64,000 bases of DNA from Craspedostauros australis (taxonomy: Eukaryota), in NCBI GenBank assembly GCA_030167865.1, contig JALAGF010005434.1, positions 1-64,000 on the forward strand, read 5' to 3'. The notes below the pieces were generated by a model. That model did no database searches and was not told the DNA's origin. It worked only from the letters and a program-made list of their open reading frames with translations. Made by a program: the position numbers and the translations under genes. Shown here piece after piece: positions 10,230 through 21,925 of the stretch. Positions within the stretch are counted from its first letter, which is position 1. Each line of letters starts with the position of its first letter.

Positions 10230-12317
10230 CTAGGCACCGAGGGCATTGTCGAGGGATTCCTTGAGACCAACGGCTTCCAAGAACTTGTTGAAATCATCCA
10301 TGGCCGAATCGCCATCGAGCTTCGTGAGCTCCTTGGGGAAGGCACGTTGCGATCGTTCGTTGACCTTGCCTGCCTTGCCGAATTTCTTCTTTTGTCGTTC
10401 CAGGTTGTCCATGAAGATGTCGCAATTGAATTCCAAACCTTCGACGACGACGAGACCGGGACTGCCGGATTTGATGTATCCGCCCAGATTGTACTTGCCG
10501 GCATCGGCCTGGATGCCAGCGAGTTCCTTGGCGTCCATTTCGGTCGCGACGACGAGCATACGGCACAGGCGGACGCCGCTGCGTTCGCGGCTGGCGGGTG
10601 TCGTTGTGGTGGCAGCGGAGGAAGACCAGTCGATGGGCGTTCTTGGCGTTTTGGCGAGGAATTCCTTGAGCGAATCGAGCTTGGGCGCTGCTTTGGCGGG
10701 TGTTGGGACGCTGGTATCGATCGAAAGGCCCGTGTCGGTTGCGGCCGCGTCCATGGCAGTGTCGGCGGCATCCTCCATGGCAACTTCGTTGGACGCTTCT
10801 GCCGCAGGCGTCGGCGTGGGCTCCGATTTGATGGCCTGCATTTCGGCACGCAAGCTGGCAAAGTCCGTCTCCATGTCTCCCGGCGCGGTCTTCTCGGGCG
10901 TCGCGACGTTGTCGGTGACGTCGAAGTTGAAATTGGGCGTCGAATGCATCATGCGTTCCAGATCCTGACGCACCTTTCGCTCCTTGGCGAGCTTCTCCGT
11001 GGCCTTGACGAGGGATTCCGTGACGCCGCGCAGCATGTCCTGCGTCTCCTCGTGCTTCTTGCGCAGCTCCTGCGCTTCGATACGCGTGTCCATGTCCGCC
11101 GCGCCGTTGCCCTTGCTCTTGAGCTCCTGCTTGACGTCGTACAGCTCCTGCTTGCGCTCCGTGATTTCCATCTTGCCTTCGGCCCACTTTTTGTTGAGCG
11201 AGACGAGCTGCTCCTTTCTGGCTTCCGACTTTTTGGTGGACTCGTCGAGCTGGTGACGCGTAACTTCAAGCGCGCGTCGTACCTGCGCGAGCTCAGCCTT
11301 GACGGCGTTGATGTTCTCGCCGTCCATGGCGGGACCCGTGGGCGTGGCGGCGATGACGGCCGGGTTGATGATGGCGCCGAGTTGGAACTCCTCCGGCTTC
11401 ATGTTGTGCTTGGCGAGGATGTGCTCCCAGTTGCAGTGCGTCTCCCACTTGCCGGTCCACTTGGAGGGGCGGGTTATCTGGAGGTTGGATCCCATGAAGG
11501 GTATGTTGTTGAGGGAGAGCGCGTAGGTTGCCTCGCGCGGTGTTCGCAGCTCGATGAAGGCGTACTTGCCGAACATCTCGCAGGTGGCGATGGGGTTGCC
11601 TTCCATGACGCTGAGGCCGACCTGTTCCATGGCGGAACCTAGAAAGTCCTTGAGCATCTGATCGGTCATCTCCGGCGTCGTGTTGCCGACGAAGAGCTCC
11701 CGGTTGACCTTTTCCGACTCCGAATCCAGCACGGCGTCGACCGTGAGGTCCTCGCCCGTGAGCTCCTGCCATGTTTTGGAGATGACGAAGGGTCCCGTGT
11801 ACTTCTTGGGACGGCCGACCTTGAGTCTTGAGTTGAGGAAGAGGATGCCGTTGAGGTTGAGGCACCTGTTGGCCATGTCTCCCGTCGTCATCTCTACGAA
11901 TGCAAAGTTTGAAGCGTTGACCTGGCAGGACATGCATGGCGTCTCGTGCGTCTCGCAGAGCTTGGCGTGTCTCATGGCGCCGTTGAGGAAGTTGAGGAGG
12001 AACTGGTCTGAGATGTTGGCCGGGATGTTGCCGACGAATAGCTCTCTTGTGCCGGGCACGTCCGTCATGGTTTTCTGCTTCTGCTTCTTGCCTCTGGAGG
12101 CCTCCCACGGGCTGCGCGATCGACGACGGTATCCGCCGCCGCCGCCGCCTCCTCCACCGCTGTGCCGAGAGTCGCGACCGCGGGAATAGGAATCGCGTCT
12201 GGCACCACCGCCTCCGCCGGATTGGTGATCGTTGTAGTCTCTGTCGCGATCATAGTCGAACGATTTGCGCTTTCTTTCGAAGCGATTTCGACGTTGTGGG
12301 AAGTGGCCTTCGCTCAT
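10230..12317 (-). CDS. U2AF65-like RS/RRM protein with coiled coil and C-terminal DUF1115/Prp3C-like domain
   Basis: RS/RD-rich N-terminus and two RRMs (RELFVGNI...FAFVEM; RELFVGNT...YAFIEL). C-terminal LGGYIKSGSPGLVVVEG...C..F. Start placed at MSEGH. Confidence 0.8.
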   Translation of the reverse strand: MSEGHFPQRRNRFERKRKSFDYDRDRDYNDHQSGGGGGARRDSYSRGRDSRHSGGGGGGGGGYRRRSRSPWEASRGKKQKQKTMTDVPGTRELFVGNIPANISDQFLLNFLNGAMRHAKLCETHETPCMSCQVNASNFAFVEMTTGDMANRCLNLNGILFLNSRLKVGRPKKYTGPFVISKTWQELTGEDLTVDAVLDSESEKVNRELFVGNTTPEMTDQMLKDFLGSAMEQVGLSVMEGNPIATCEMFGKYAFIELRTPREATYALSLNNIPFMGSNLQITRPSKWTGKWETHCNWEHILAKHNMKPEEFQLGAIINPAVIAATPTGPAMDGENINAVKAELAQVRRALEVTRHQLDESTKKSEARKEQLVSLNKKWAEGKMEITERKQELYDVKQELKSKGNGAADMDTRIEAQELRKKHEETQDMLRGVTESLVKATEKLAKERKVRQDLERMMHSTPNFNFDVTDNVATPEKTAPGDMETDFASLRAEMQAIKSEPTPTPAAEASNEVAMEDAADTAMDAAATDTGLSIDTSVPTPAKAAPKLDSLKEFLAKTPRTPIDWSSSAATTTTPASRERSGVRLCRMLVVATEMDAKELAGIQADAGKYNLGGYIKSGSPGLVVVEGLEFNCDIFMDNLERQKKKFGKAGKVNERSQRAFPKELTKLDGDSAMDDFNKFLEAVGLKESLDNALGA

Positions 12318-15269
12318 GGTTGTTGCTTTGTTGCTGATGTGGTGTATGGTATTGGCTGGAGAAGAGATAGGGGCTGTAATATGATAGCACCAGAGTACAA
12401 GTATGATGTGGTGGTAGATAATCCAATTGAATCCAAAAGTGACTTGTGTGGTTGCCTGTTGATTGTTGATTGTAGTGAGGAAGAAGCCTTGATGTTTCCA
12501 GTGATGGTGCTGCTGCTTTGCTTGGTTGTGATCTGCGATGTTGGTTGATGTCAAATGGATGTGTTGTTGTTGTTGGTGGTGGTGGTGGGAAAGGAGAAGA
12601 CAGACAGGAATTGACATGAGAAAGAAATGGTCGCGTGTGTGAGATGCGCGGTTTGGAGAGGATGAATGGAATAGAATGGTTTTGGGAAGCTTTGCCCTCC
12701 ATTCGATTCGTGGCGCGATGTTGCTGACACCAATTATTGATTATGGGCGAAGCGGCAACAAGGCTGATGACAGGTCAACGGCCGGGATGCCACCACACTG
12801 ACGCTGACTCCGACACTGGATCGTAACCTTGACGTCGATGGACCAAAGTGGACCCCACATCCACCAAAGCAATCCAATCCAACCCAATGCGGCTAACAAT
12901 CCAACAGATGGAGAAACGAAGTCCGCATGGCGCGACATTCCCATTGCGCCGCGACGGTCTTTGTGTCCTCGCGCCTAACGCACACGCAAAGTCCGAGACA
13001 AGAGGATCATGGCAGACATAACTCTCTGGATGATGCAGCGACGTACCAATTGCTTGACGTTGCTGGACTTGACGTTGGGACCCACCACGATTGGGGTCAG
13101 CGAAGGGAAACGGAGAGCAAGTTGCTTCGCGTGCTGCTCGGCAGTCTCCGTGGTTGAGTTGTGGGATCTGTCCAGGGTTTGCGGACCGTTGATCCTCTTG
13201 CGTTCCAAGAGGTTTTCACCACAACGGCAACAAAGCAGGACACCATCTTGCCATGTCGTGTGGACATTGTCGGATCTTGCTTGTTCCAAGTCGAGTGATT
13301 CGTTTTCGCGCACTTGCCAAACAGGACTCGGAGTTGTTTTCGTTCCCGAATAAGGGCACTCAAGGCCTTCTTCTGTCCTTCCATCGAAATCGGTTGGCGG
13401 TCGTTCCGTTCATGACACACGAGGTCATTTGTGTACATAATCAGGGTGGTGTCGTGGGTTTTCGATATTAAATGGAAAAAGCTGTTTTGCATGTCGAAGG
13501 AGTATGCCTTGACAAATTGCGTCTTTTTCATGGCCAATGAAAAGGAGGGATCACTGATGTGCGGTTACAACGAAGACATAGCGTTAAGTGTCAGTACCTG
13601 AACGGAGCACGATGGAGTGCGAGTATCGCAGCCCCGGCGCGGTGTGGTGATTTCCGTGCTGTTTGTGTTTGTGTTTGTGCTTGATTGTTTGCTTGTTTGT
13701 GGATGGTGCGAGGACACGCGGCGATGGTGAGAGAGACACCAGCGACAGCGACAGAAGGTGATGGAAAACGAGTCGCACCGCGGAGAGTGGCACAGCCCGC
13801 GGCGCAATTCGCCCTCGGTCAGAGCAGCGTAACGGAGTCACCAAGAAGAGAGAGAGAGCAAGAGAGGAGAGGAGAGCAAGAGAGGAGACCAACAGCATCC
13901 GCAACAGAGAGGAAGGCCAACATCCACGTCAACGTCAACGACGTCAACGACGACCTCGCTCTTTCCTTTGTCACCCACGCAGTCAACTGAACGAAGCAGC
14001 AAGCATCCGCAAGAGACAACTTTGGCAAGAGGACAGGTCGCGACCTTCGGATTGGAGCAGAGCGGAGCAGGGAGTGTTGTACTCTGCTACTGCCACCTAC
14101 TCCATTAGCACTCTGCTGATAGTACGAAGAGAGAGAGAGAGAGAGAGACAGAGCGCAACGCAACGCAACGGAACCCATTGGTTGCTGACCCAAAGCACCC
14201 AACCAAGCAATACCAGAGACAAAGACAACACAACAGACAAACACAGACAAACGCAAAGGGGCAATCAGACAAAGGCAGACGGGCAACAACAGAAACAACG
14301 ACAGTAACAACGACAACGCTATCAACAACCACGACAACAAGAAGGATAGGCTACTAATACTACGGAATTGATAGCGTCAACTGCTCCTTCAACCACAGGC
14401 CACACCCTACGCGCGCATTCGTACCTCGCACTTCAGCAGAACGAACATTGATACTGGCACGCATTCACACAAGAACAAAAGCCGCACACACACTCTCTCT
14501 AGTCGTAGCTGCAGAGAGACTGGGCGACGTTTCGACACGAATACTTGGAGACGCTCTACTCTGAAGACTTGCGCGTGCTCCGCAGAGGTACACGCACGAT
14601 CGTCGTCAACATCACAACCGACATCACCGACATCACCACACAAAGACTCCCGCAATCCCACCACCAGGATCAGCAACAACAGCAGCAACAACCACAACTA
14701 CGAGTGTCACTTTTGGTACTCTACGACTATTCTATCCTGTTCCATTCCGTTCTGCACTTCGCGGCGGTACCATCCAAGCACAACAAAGGCCTAGAGAGAA
14801 ACAGAGACAAAGACAAAGAGAGGCATCATTGAACGAACTTCACCGACGACTTTCATCACATCGACTTTCATCACATCTCAAGTCATCGCAGCTGCGACTT
14901 TTAAACGGCACAGCGGAGCGATACCGATAGCGGTAGTGGTAGTGACACCAACCAGGGGAGCTGCAACCGAGCTGTCCAGGACTTGCATGCACCACCTGGA
15001 CGCAGACAACTGCACCTGCAAGTGGAACTGCGGAGGTACATAGCTCGTACCTTGCGTCTGTCACCTGTGTTTCGACAGTGCTGGAACGACGTGTCGGCAA
15101 CAGGGGTGCACGGCTCCTATCGTCCTGTTTGACACATTCGCGGCGCCTCAGCTTCGGCAACCTCATCACTCACCACACACTCAGCACATCACGGCACGAC
15201 ACATACAACGCAGACACAAACGCAACCTCATCACTCACAACCAAAACAAAGCAACCTGCCAATTCTGCA

Positions 15270-16853
15270 ATGACAGCACAAGGCTCTTCCACACCATCCT
15301 CACAGCAGCAGCAGCAGAGCCGTCAGATGCCTCCATCAACCTTAGAATTCTCCCAAAGCCCGCAGGACGACACGCAATGGTCAGGATTGGAAACGCAGGG
15401 CATGCGGGAGGCCAAGTGCTCGCTTCTCATCCAGGATGATGGCATCTTCGACCCGCGCATCCGCACGCTGCAACGGCAGAGGGTGCTGGTCTACCAGGAC
15501 AGAGGATACAACAACCACACGGGACGCAACCACATGTACAACAACGCCAACGGAACCAACGACGCCAACGGCAACGAGGAGGACTACATCGTAGACTTCA
15601 ACGGCTGCACGATATTACAGCTCGAACCCACCATGGGCACGCCGCAACGCACCATGCCCGTCACGCTCACCGTCGGCGGCAGATGTCTCTTCACAGTGGA
15701 AAACTACCAGGACTTCAGGGTCATGATGAGGACGAGGGAGCAATCGCAGGACATGAACATCAGCCCCAACGGAAACTTCGACTGGCCCGACATCAACGCC
15801 CTCCTCCTCTGTCCGCTCTGTGGCAGCATGGCGGACATACCGACGGACGACGACCACGATGATCACGACGACCACGACCATGACGACAGCTCATCCTGCA
15901 CGCGCGAGCGAAAGCCGCCGAAACCGCAGTACTGGCTCCTCTTCTACCCCCTCCTGCAAATCACTGTCATGCGCGGCTCACAGATGACCCTGGGCACGCG
16001 CACCATCTGCCGCCTCACCTGCCTGCACTGCATGGACGAGCTCCTAGACGAGATGTACCTCAAGGTGCGCCCGGCCAGCATGGGCGGCAAGAGTCCCAGG
16101 CTCTCCTTCATGCTGTCCGCGAGGGAGGTCCTGGATGAGGCCGGCTCCGCTGCCTTCCTCGAGGATGGCCCGCCACGTCCAGAAACGCATCCCAACATGA
16201 ACACCCTGTTAGACGCCTGGACGCTGTACAATGTCTGGGAGCACTCCGGCGCCTGGGAGGCCCTGCAGAACGATTACAGGGTCGTCCTGTCACGCAGCAT
16301 GCAGGCCGACTCCGCCGCCGCGGCGGCAGCAGCGCAACAACCCGCGGCGGCCAACGGACACGCCAACGGCAACGCCCCCACCACGTCGGAGGCCGCCACG
16401 ACCACCACTGCCCTCTCCGAACGACTGGGCCGCAGATGCGGCAATCCCGAATGCGTCAAAGTACACGGCCAGCAAACGGACAGCGGAGAAATGACGCGGC
16501 TATCAATACGCTGCAAAGGTTGCCTCCAGGAATTCTACTGCTCCCGCACATGCCGCGACATCGCCAAGCCCACGCACGACTGCCCCAACACGGAGACGGC
16601 CACCGCGGCGACGTCCGGCGGCACCTCCAGCACACGCCAAGTCACATGCGATACGTGCGGCAAGCGATCGTCGTACCGTCTCATGAAGAAGTGCTCGCGC
16701 TGTCGCAACGCCACGTACTGCTCGCCCGAATGTCAGAAGGAGGATTGGCCGAGGCATAAGAACGAATGCAAGAAGAAGAAACGATCCACGTCGTCCAAGG
16801 AGTCGTCGTCCGGGAGGCCTGGGACTAACGCATCGGCGAATGCCGACAATTAA
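15270..16853 (+). CDS. MYND zinc-finger protein
   Basis: C-terminal CDTC...CSRCRNATYCSPECQKEDWPRHKNEC and a second MYND-like unit CGNPEC...CKGCLQEFYCSRTC...H.C. Start uncertain (ORF open from 15078). Confidence 0.85.
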   Translation: MTAQGSSTPSSQQQQQSRQMPPSTLEFSQSPQDDTQWSGLETQGMREAKCSLLIQDDGIFDPRIRTLQRQRVLVYQDRGYNNHTGRNHMYNNANGTNDANGNEEDYIVDFNGCTILQLEPTMGTPQRTMPVTLTVGGRCLFTVENYQDFRVMMRTREQSQDMNISPNGNFDWPDINALLLCPLCGSMADIPTDDDHDDHDDHDHDDSSSCTRERKPPKPQYWLLFYPLLQITVMRGSQMTLGTRTICRLTCLHCMDELLDEMYLKVRPASMGGKSPRLSFMLSAREVLDEAGSAAFLEDGPPRPETHPNMNTLLDAWTLYNVWEHSGAWEALQNDYRVVLSRSMQADSAAAAAAAQQPAAANGHANGNAPTTSEAATTTTALSERLGRRCGNPECVKVHGQQTDSGEMTRLSIRCKGCLQEFYCSRTCRDIAKPTHDCPNTETATAATSGGTSSTRQVTCDTCGKRSSYRLMKKCSRCRNATYCSPECQKEDWPRHKNECKKKKRSTSSKESSSGRPGTNASANADN

Positions 16854-17304
16854 TGCAAACATTTAATTTTTCAATTCATTTGTCGCGTTTGTTCGAGTGG
16901 ATGGTGCTTTACAAGGGCTTGCAGGGTTTTAACCAAGAATTCAATGGTCATGGAAATTCAATTCAACGATGTTCGTTGCGCTTTCGTCACGCATTCGTCG
17001 CGAATCATGTTCCAACGTGAACGAACATAGTTGAGTTGCGTTGATTCATGCATTCTATACATACGCTCATTCACTTCCTTGTGCCATGTCAATGATAGCC
17101 TAGCTGCGTGGCCCAATTGTCAAATCAAACGAAGTAGAGGGCTCGATTGCACTCGTAGAGTGGAGTCGACATCATGCCGTGCCATGTTCGAATCATACGA
17201 ATGCAGTGTCACATGTTCTCTCTTTATCTGCTTGTTTGTCGCTTGTTTGTATCTGTTTCGTCTACGATCATGCTCGTGCTCGTGCTCGTGCTCCACTACA
17301 TTTT

Positions 17305-18246
17305 TCACTCCAACATATTGACGGGCTCCGCCTTGCGCTCCTCCAAAATCGCCTCCGCCACATCCATATCTTCCGGCGTCGTGATCTTGAGATTGGTGTA
17401 CTCGCCCTGCGTCAGCTTGACGGGCTCCCCCAACGCTTCGACGATGGACACGTCGTCCGTCACCTCGAGCTGATTGGCCGCGACGTGCTCGAATCCGCGC
17501 GCCAACGTCTCAATGGCCACGACCTGCGGCGTGTGCACTTCCCACAATCGCGCACGCGGGATGGTGCGTTCGACGAAGGCCCCGTCGGCGCTCTCCTTGA
17601 TGGTGGCCTTGCACGGCACGCCCAGGACGGCGGCACCGTGCTGTTTGGCGTCGCGGATGACGTGACAGATCTCGTCCAATGTGACGAGGGGACGCGCGCT
17701 GTCATGGATGGCGACGTACTTGCAGTCGGGATTGTGATGCGTCAATGCATTCAGACCATTCTCGACGGAACCCTGGCGTTCGATGCCGGGGTTGGCGAAG
17801 AGGAGCTGGCCCTTGTAGTTGTCGACGATGGGTTGGTACTCGGGTTGGTAGGTGGGATCCATGACGAGCACGACGTTGGGTGGTGCCGCGACGTTGTTGG
17901 CTTCGCAGTGCGCAACGAGGCGATTGAGGAAGAGGTCGAGGGAGTGATGCAGGACCGGGACGCCGCGCAACGGCAGGTACTGCTTCGGCATGCCGGCCTT
18001 CATGCGGCTTCCGGTGCCTCCGGCCAGCAGGACGAAGCCGACGTCGCCCATGGGTGGGATTGCGTCATCCTCGGCATCACCATCACTGCTCTTGGTGGCT
18101 GCCAGCGCCGCGACCGAGGCTGTTGCCGACGCCGACGCTGGTCGGGAGACGGCTGCCGATGGCGCAGCCGTGAAGCACGTCGCGCAGGCAAAGAACGCCA
18201 CGAGCGTCACGATCACAAGCGACCTCCTCATGTTCAACAAAGCCAT
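17305..18246 (-). CDS. ispD: 2-C-methyl-D-erythritol 4-phosphate cytidylyltransferase, plastid-targeted
   Basis: LLAGGTGSRM...PKQY, ERQGSV, AIHDSARP, HTPQ, VTDDVSIVE and NLKITTPED. Signal peptide followed by C-FTAAP. Confidence 0.96.
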   Translation of the reverse strand: MALLNMRRSLVIVTLVAFFACATCFTAAPSAAVSRPASASATASVAALAATKSSDGDAEDDAIPPMGDVGFVLLAGGTGSRMKAGMPKQYLPLRGVPVLHHSLDLFLNRLVAHCEANNVAAPPNVVLVMDPTYQPEYQPIVDNYKGQLLFANPGIERQGSVENGLNALTHHNPDCKYVAIHDSARPLVTLDEICHVIRDAKQHGAAVLGVPCKATIKESADGAFVERTIPRARLWEVHTPQVVAIETLARGFEHVAANQLEVTDDVSIVEALGEPVKLTQGEYTNLKITTPEDMDVAEAILEERKAEPVNMLE

Positions 18247-18979
18247 TCTTCAAGTGTTGCAATTGATCTGATCTGTTGTGATTCGTGTGCATGCGTTTGA
18301 TGTTGCAGCTGAGAATGATACAGCCAGAGTGACGGTTGCAGTTGCAGTTACGCCTGAGAATGAAGTTGTCATGCGAATCTCGCGAACAAACGGGGATCAC
18401 GATGCCGATTGCTTCTGCTCCATCCAGTTCGTCTCCCACCACAACGCACTGACGTGTGGAGACAACCAAAGGACACAAACGAAAAAGTGACAGCAAAAGA
18501 TACGCACGACTCCGATTCCTTTGATTCAACTACGAACCAATCGGCTGAGTCAATTCAAGTCATTGTCAATCGAGAAAACGAATCGACAGATGACCAAACA
18601 AAGATCACAAAATCAGCGCCGAATCCACATCTTTCTCCATTGGCGATGCCGCGTGGACATCAACACGCGGGAAGAGTTGCGCAGAGGAGAGGAGACCATT
18701 TGTCATCGTTCCTCCGAAGCAGCTGCCGACTGACATTCTCATCGGTCAATCCAACGACACACAGGACGTCCTGAACGATAGAACAGCATTGCAAGCACAT
18801 TCGATGGCATCATACTCGTGGCTCTCATTTTTGGCAACTACGCGGATCATTTCGGATTGACATTGCCACTACACGGCTTGATTGATTGTGATCTTCATCT
18901 TTTCTTGCGCAGACGCAGACGCGGACGCATACAATACCGCCAAGCTCTGCAAATCAATTTATCCACCATCCATTGCAAG

Positions 18980-20317
18980 ATGGGACGAATGAGGCACCTC
19001 CCCGGTACCCGCTTGATGTGGCTGTTGGCCGTCTCCATTCTGCTGCTGGCATCCCTGTCTTCCCCATCGCTGCCGACGGCCATGGCCGCCAAGGAGGAGA
19101 CGAACCTCTACAAGATCCTGGGCGTCTCCAAGACCGCCACGGTGCAGCAGATCAAGAAGGCCTACCGCAAGATGGCATTGGCCACGCATCCCGACAAGGT
19201 CAAGGACATGTCGAAGGAGGAAGCGGCTGAGAAGTTTCGCAAGGTCGTGCACGCCTTTGAGATCCTCAGCGATGCGCAATCCAGGAAGGTCTACGATCGC
19301 ACGGGCAGGACGGACGGCGGTGTCAACAACGGTAACAACAACGGCAATCAGAGGCAGAACGGATGGTCCAATTTCAACTTCAACTTTCGCACACAACGCA
19401 ACAGCTACACAAAGCCAAAGCTCAAGGACAAGTTCAAGGTCAAGGAGGCCATGAGCCGCGTCATGCACATCGTCAGTTTCGAACAGCTCAAGACCGTCAT
19501 GACTGATGAGAACGATGTCCTGGAACGCAACCTCCTCATGTGCTTCGTCAACCCGCCTCAGGACAAGCACGTCGACGAGGAGATGGTCTTCCCGTACCCC
19601 TTCGCCGCCATGTCCGATCAGGGCATCTGGTGGGAAGATCTGCTGCAGACCGTCAAGATACGGTACCACAAGGGCAACGAGATCACGCGCTTCTTCAAGA
19701 TCCCACCCGCCACCGCCCTCAACTCGCCCGTCTTCGTCTTCGGCAAGCGCGGCCAGAAACTGGATCGCAAGTTCCCGCAACTCAAAACGCGCTCGCGCAA
19801 GGAATTCGAGAACTGGGTGTGGAAGCAACTCGAGATCAAGGTCCACTTCTTCAACAAGCACCCGCATCCCGTCGAGGTGTACTGGATCCACGGCACACGC
19901 GCCAGTCTCAAATTCACGCTGGGGCATTGGGAAGGCATGTACCACACGACGAAGCTGTCGCACGAATGGTGGGTGCGCGATGTGCGTACCGACACGCATC
20001 GCAACACGCCGGGGCGGCACCGGTTGTCGGATGAGACCTGCATTGCGCGGTGGAAGATCGTGGACGATGCGCCGGAGCAGGAGCTCATCATTGAGCCCAA
20101 GGAATGCTTCGATCTGTCCGGGCATTGCAGCTTTTGGAAGCGGCAAGGGGAATGCACCAAGAATCCTGGCTTTATGGCCGAAAAGTGCCAACTAACTTGT
20201 CGCAAGGGCAAGTGCGATCCGAAGTACATCATTCAGAAGGAGAAAGAGGAGGAAGAGAAACGGGCGGCGGATGCAGCCAAGGGTGATGGCGGAAGTGATG
20301 GTGGCGATGAATTGTAA
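18980..20317 (+). CDS. ER-luminal DnaJ protein with C-terminal ShK-like domain
   Basis: Signal peptide, J domain with HPD (NLYKILGV...HPDK...YDRTG), ShKT-like CFDLSGHC..W...GECTKNPGFM...CQLTC, and C-terminal GDEL. Confidence 0.88.
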   Translation: MGRMRHLPGTRLMWLLAVSILLLASLSSPSLPTAMAAKEETNLYKILGVSKTATVQQIKKAYRKMALATHPDKVKDMSKEEAAEKFRKVVHAFEILSDAQSRKVYDRTGRTDGGVNNGNNNGNQRQNGWSNFNFNFRTQRNSYTKPKLKDKFKVKEAMSRVMHIVSFEQLKTVMTDENDVLERNLLMCFVNPPQDKHVDEEMVFPYPFAAMSDQGIWWEDLLQTVKIRYHKGNEITRFFKIPPATALNSPVFVFGKRGQKLDRKFPQLKTRSRKEFENWVWKQLEIKVHFFNKHPHPVEVYWIHGTRASLKFTLGHWEGMYHTTKLSHEWWVRDVRTDTHRNTPGRHRLSDETCIARWKIVDDAPEQELIIEPKECFDLSGHCSFWKRQGECTKNPGFMAEKCQLTCRKGKCDPKYIIQKEKEEEEKRAADAAKGDGGSDGGDEL

Positions 20318-20732
20318 TTGTACCAATCCTAATGTCTAGACAGAGAATAGACAGCAACAACGTCAACTACATTTGCCACGCCCTTGTGGATTTATCGCAG
20401 CCAATCTGAGTCGATACTGCGCGCATTCGAGGCACTTGTATTCGTATGTAGAGTATGTGTCAATGTGTTATCTTCGTATCATTCTCGTCATGCTTGCATC
20501 GACTTCCAACACACAATGTTACCGACGAATTAGCACGGGTGTCGTTTATTGATCGAGATGTGAAGACAGTACAGTACCATCACGCTGTTGTCTATGTTGG
20601 TGCTAGTATGATGGTGTGATTATTGCATGGTTGAAAAGGATTGTCGCACCACGCCGTGCGATACCAAATTCATTCGACACACGAAGCACGCAGCCGCGTA
20701 CCTCGTCACTCTGCGGACGCTCATCCGCCGCA

Positions 20733-21925
20733 TCAATCCAGATACGGAGACAGAGATCGCTTGTACGCTTCATACGCGCCAAAGAAGACGAACCCCCCGA
20801 TGGAGATCCACATGACGCGCGGCTGGATGCCGGACAGGAAGACGGCCGTACCCTCCGCGCTGTGCGTTCGTTGTATGACATCCACCATGCCGTTGTACTG
20901 CACGCCGTGCGCATCGGCACCCAACATCAATCGCGTTTTGATGACATCCAACGGCGTCGTGACGGCCGCGGCGATGCCACCCGACACGGAGCCGCACGCC
21001 GCAGCCTGCAGGGCCGATGCGGGCTCCTTTTGCCAGTCGCCCACCATGACCTTGAATCGTTCGTACATTGGGAATTGGATCATGGCGAATGGAATTTCTC
21101 GCATGATCGTGACGCCGTAGCCGCGGTAGAGTCCGCCCGTGATGGCGGCCAATGGGGATCCGTGCTTTTCTTTGAGCACCTGTTGGAAGGTGCCGACGAG
21201 GGGTGTGCCGGACGTTTGCATCTTGGCCTTGACGACTTCTGTGGGGACGCGCACGAGGCAAGCCATCGTCTCACCCATGCTGGCGGCGATCATGTGCGTC
21301 GCCGCCTGCTGGTCCTTGAAGCCCATGGCCTCCATCCTGTCGTACACAATTGGTTTCATGATCTGCTCATGCGTATTGTGGCGATTCATCGTATTGCATT
21401 CCAATGTATTGGGTCATGTCACAGTGTGGAGGATGCGTCAAAGTGGAATGGCAGACGGTGACGATGTGAGAATTTGGCGAAGGACAGCATTCATCTGTTG
21501 ACGCTACTATATTGACGCTGTTGACAGTGTTAACGCTGTTGATGACGTTGATCATGCTGAAGCAGATTCCGATACGGCGAATGAGAGATGACATCGGCAG
21601 ATGAAAGAAAAAGCTATGCTTTGCAGCGACGACTCCACCAATGGTCCAACTTTTGCCATCGCCCACATGCTCGTCATGGCATTCCACTGACCTCGTAAGT
21701 GCTGAAGAACAAGGCGGCTCCAGGTGCCGATCCGACAGCGGCGGCTCCCAATCCATTGTAGATTCCAGTGAATCCACCGGCCTTGATGAACCCCTGCGGT
21801 GCCTGCAGTCGGGTCTTGAGCGTGTCGATGGGAAAGAGCGCCACATCCACGCTCGTTCCTGCCATGCCACCGGCAATCAAGGCATTGAGGAAGGACGTCG
21901 CCTTCTTTTCGCTGGAGTCCGACAT
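20733..21925 (-). CDS. Mitochondrial carrier, SAM-carrier (SLC25A26/Pet8)-like (exons 21925-21692 and 21362-20733)
   Basis: Three carrier signatures [22 protein letters not shown] and [16 protein letters not shown] intron joins STYE|IMKP in frame. Confidence 0.9.

Noticed and set aside
10083..11642. 519-aa plus-strand ORF, and similar long antisense ORFs (18959-20191, 29813-31060, 17179-18300, 49733-50677)
   Set aside because: They lie opposite well-supported genes and are the expected shadow ORFs of strong GC3 codon bias. No motifs recognised.
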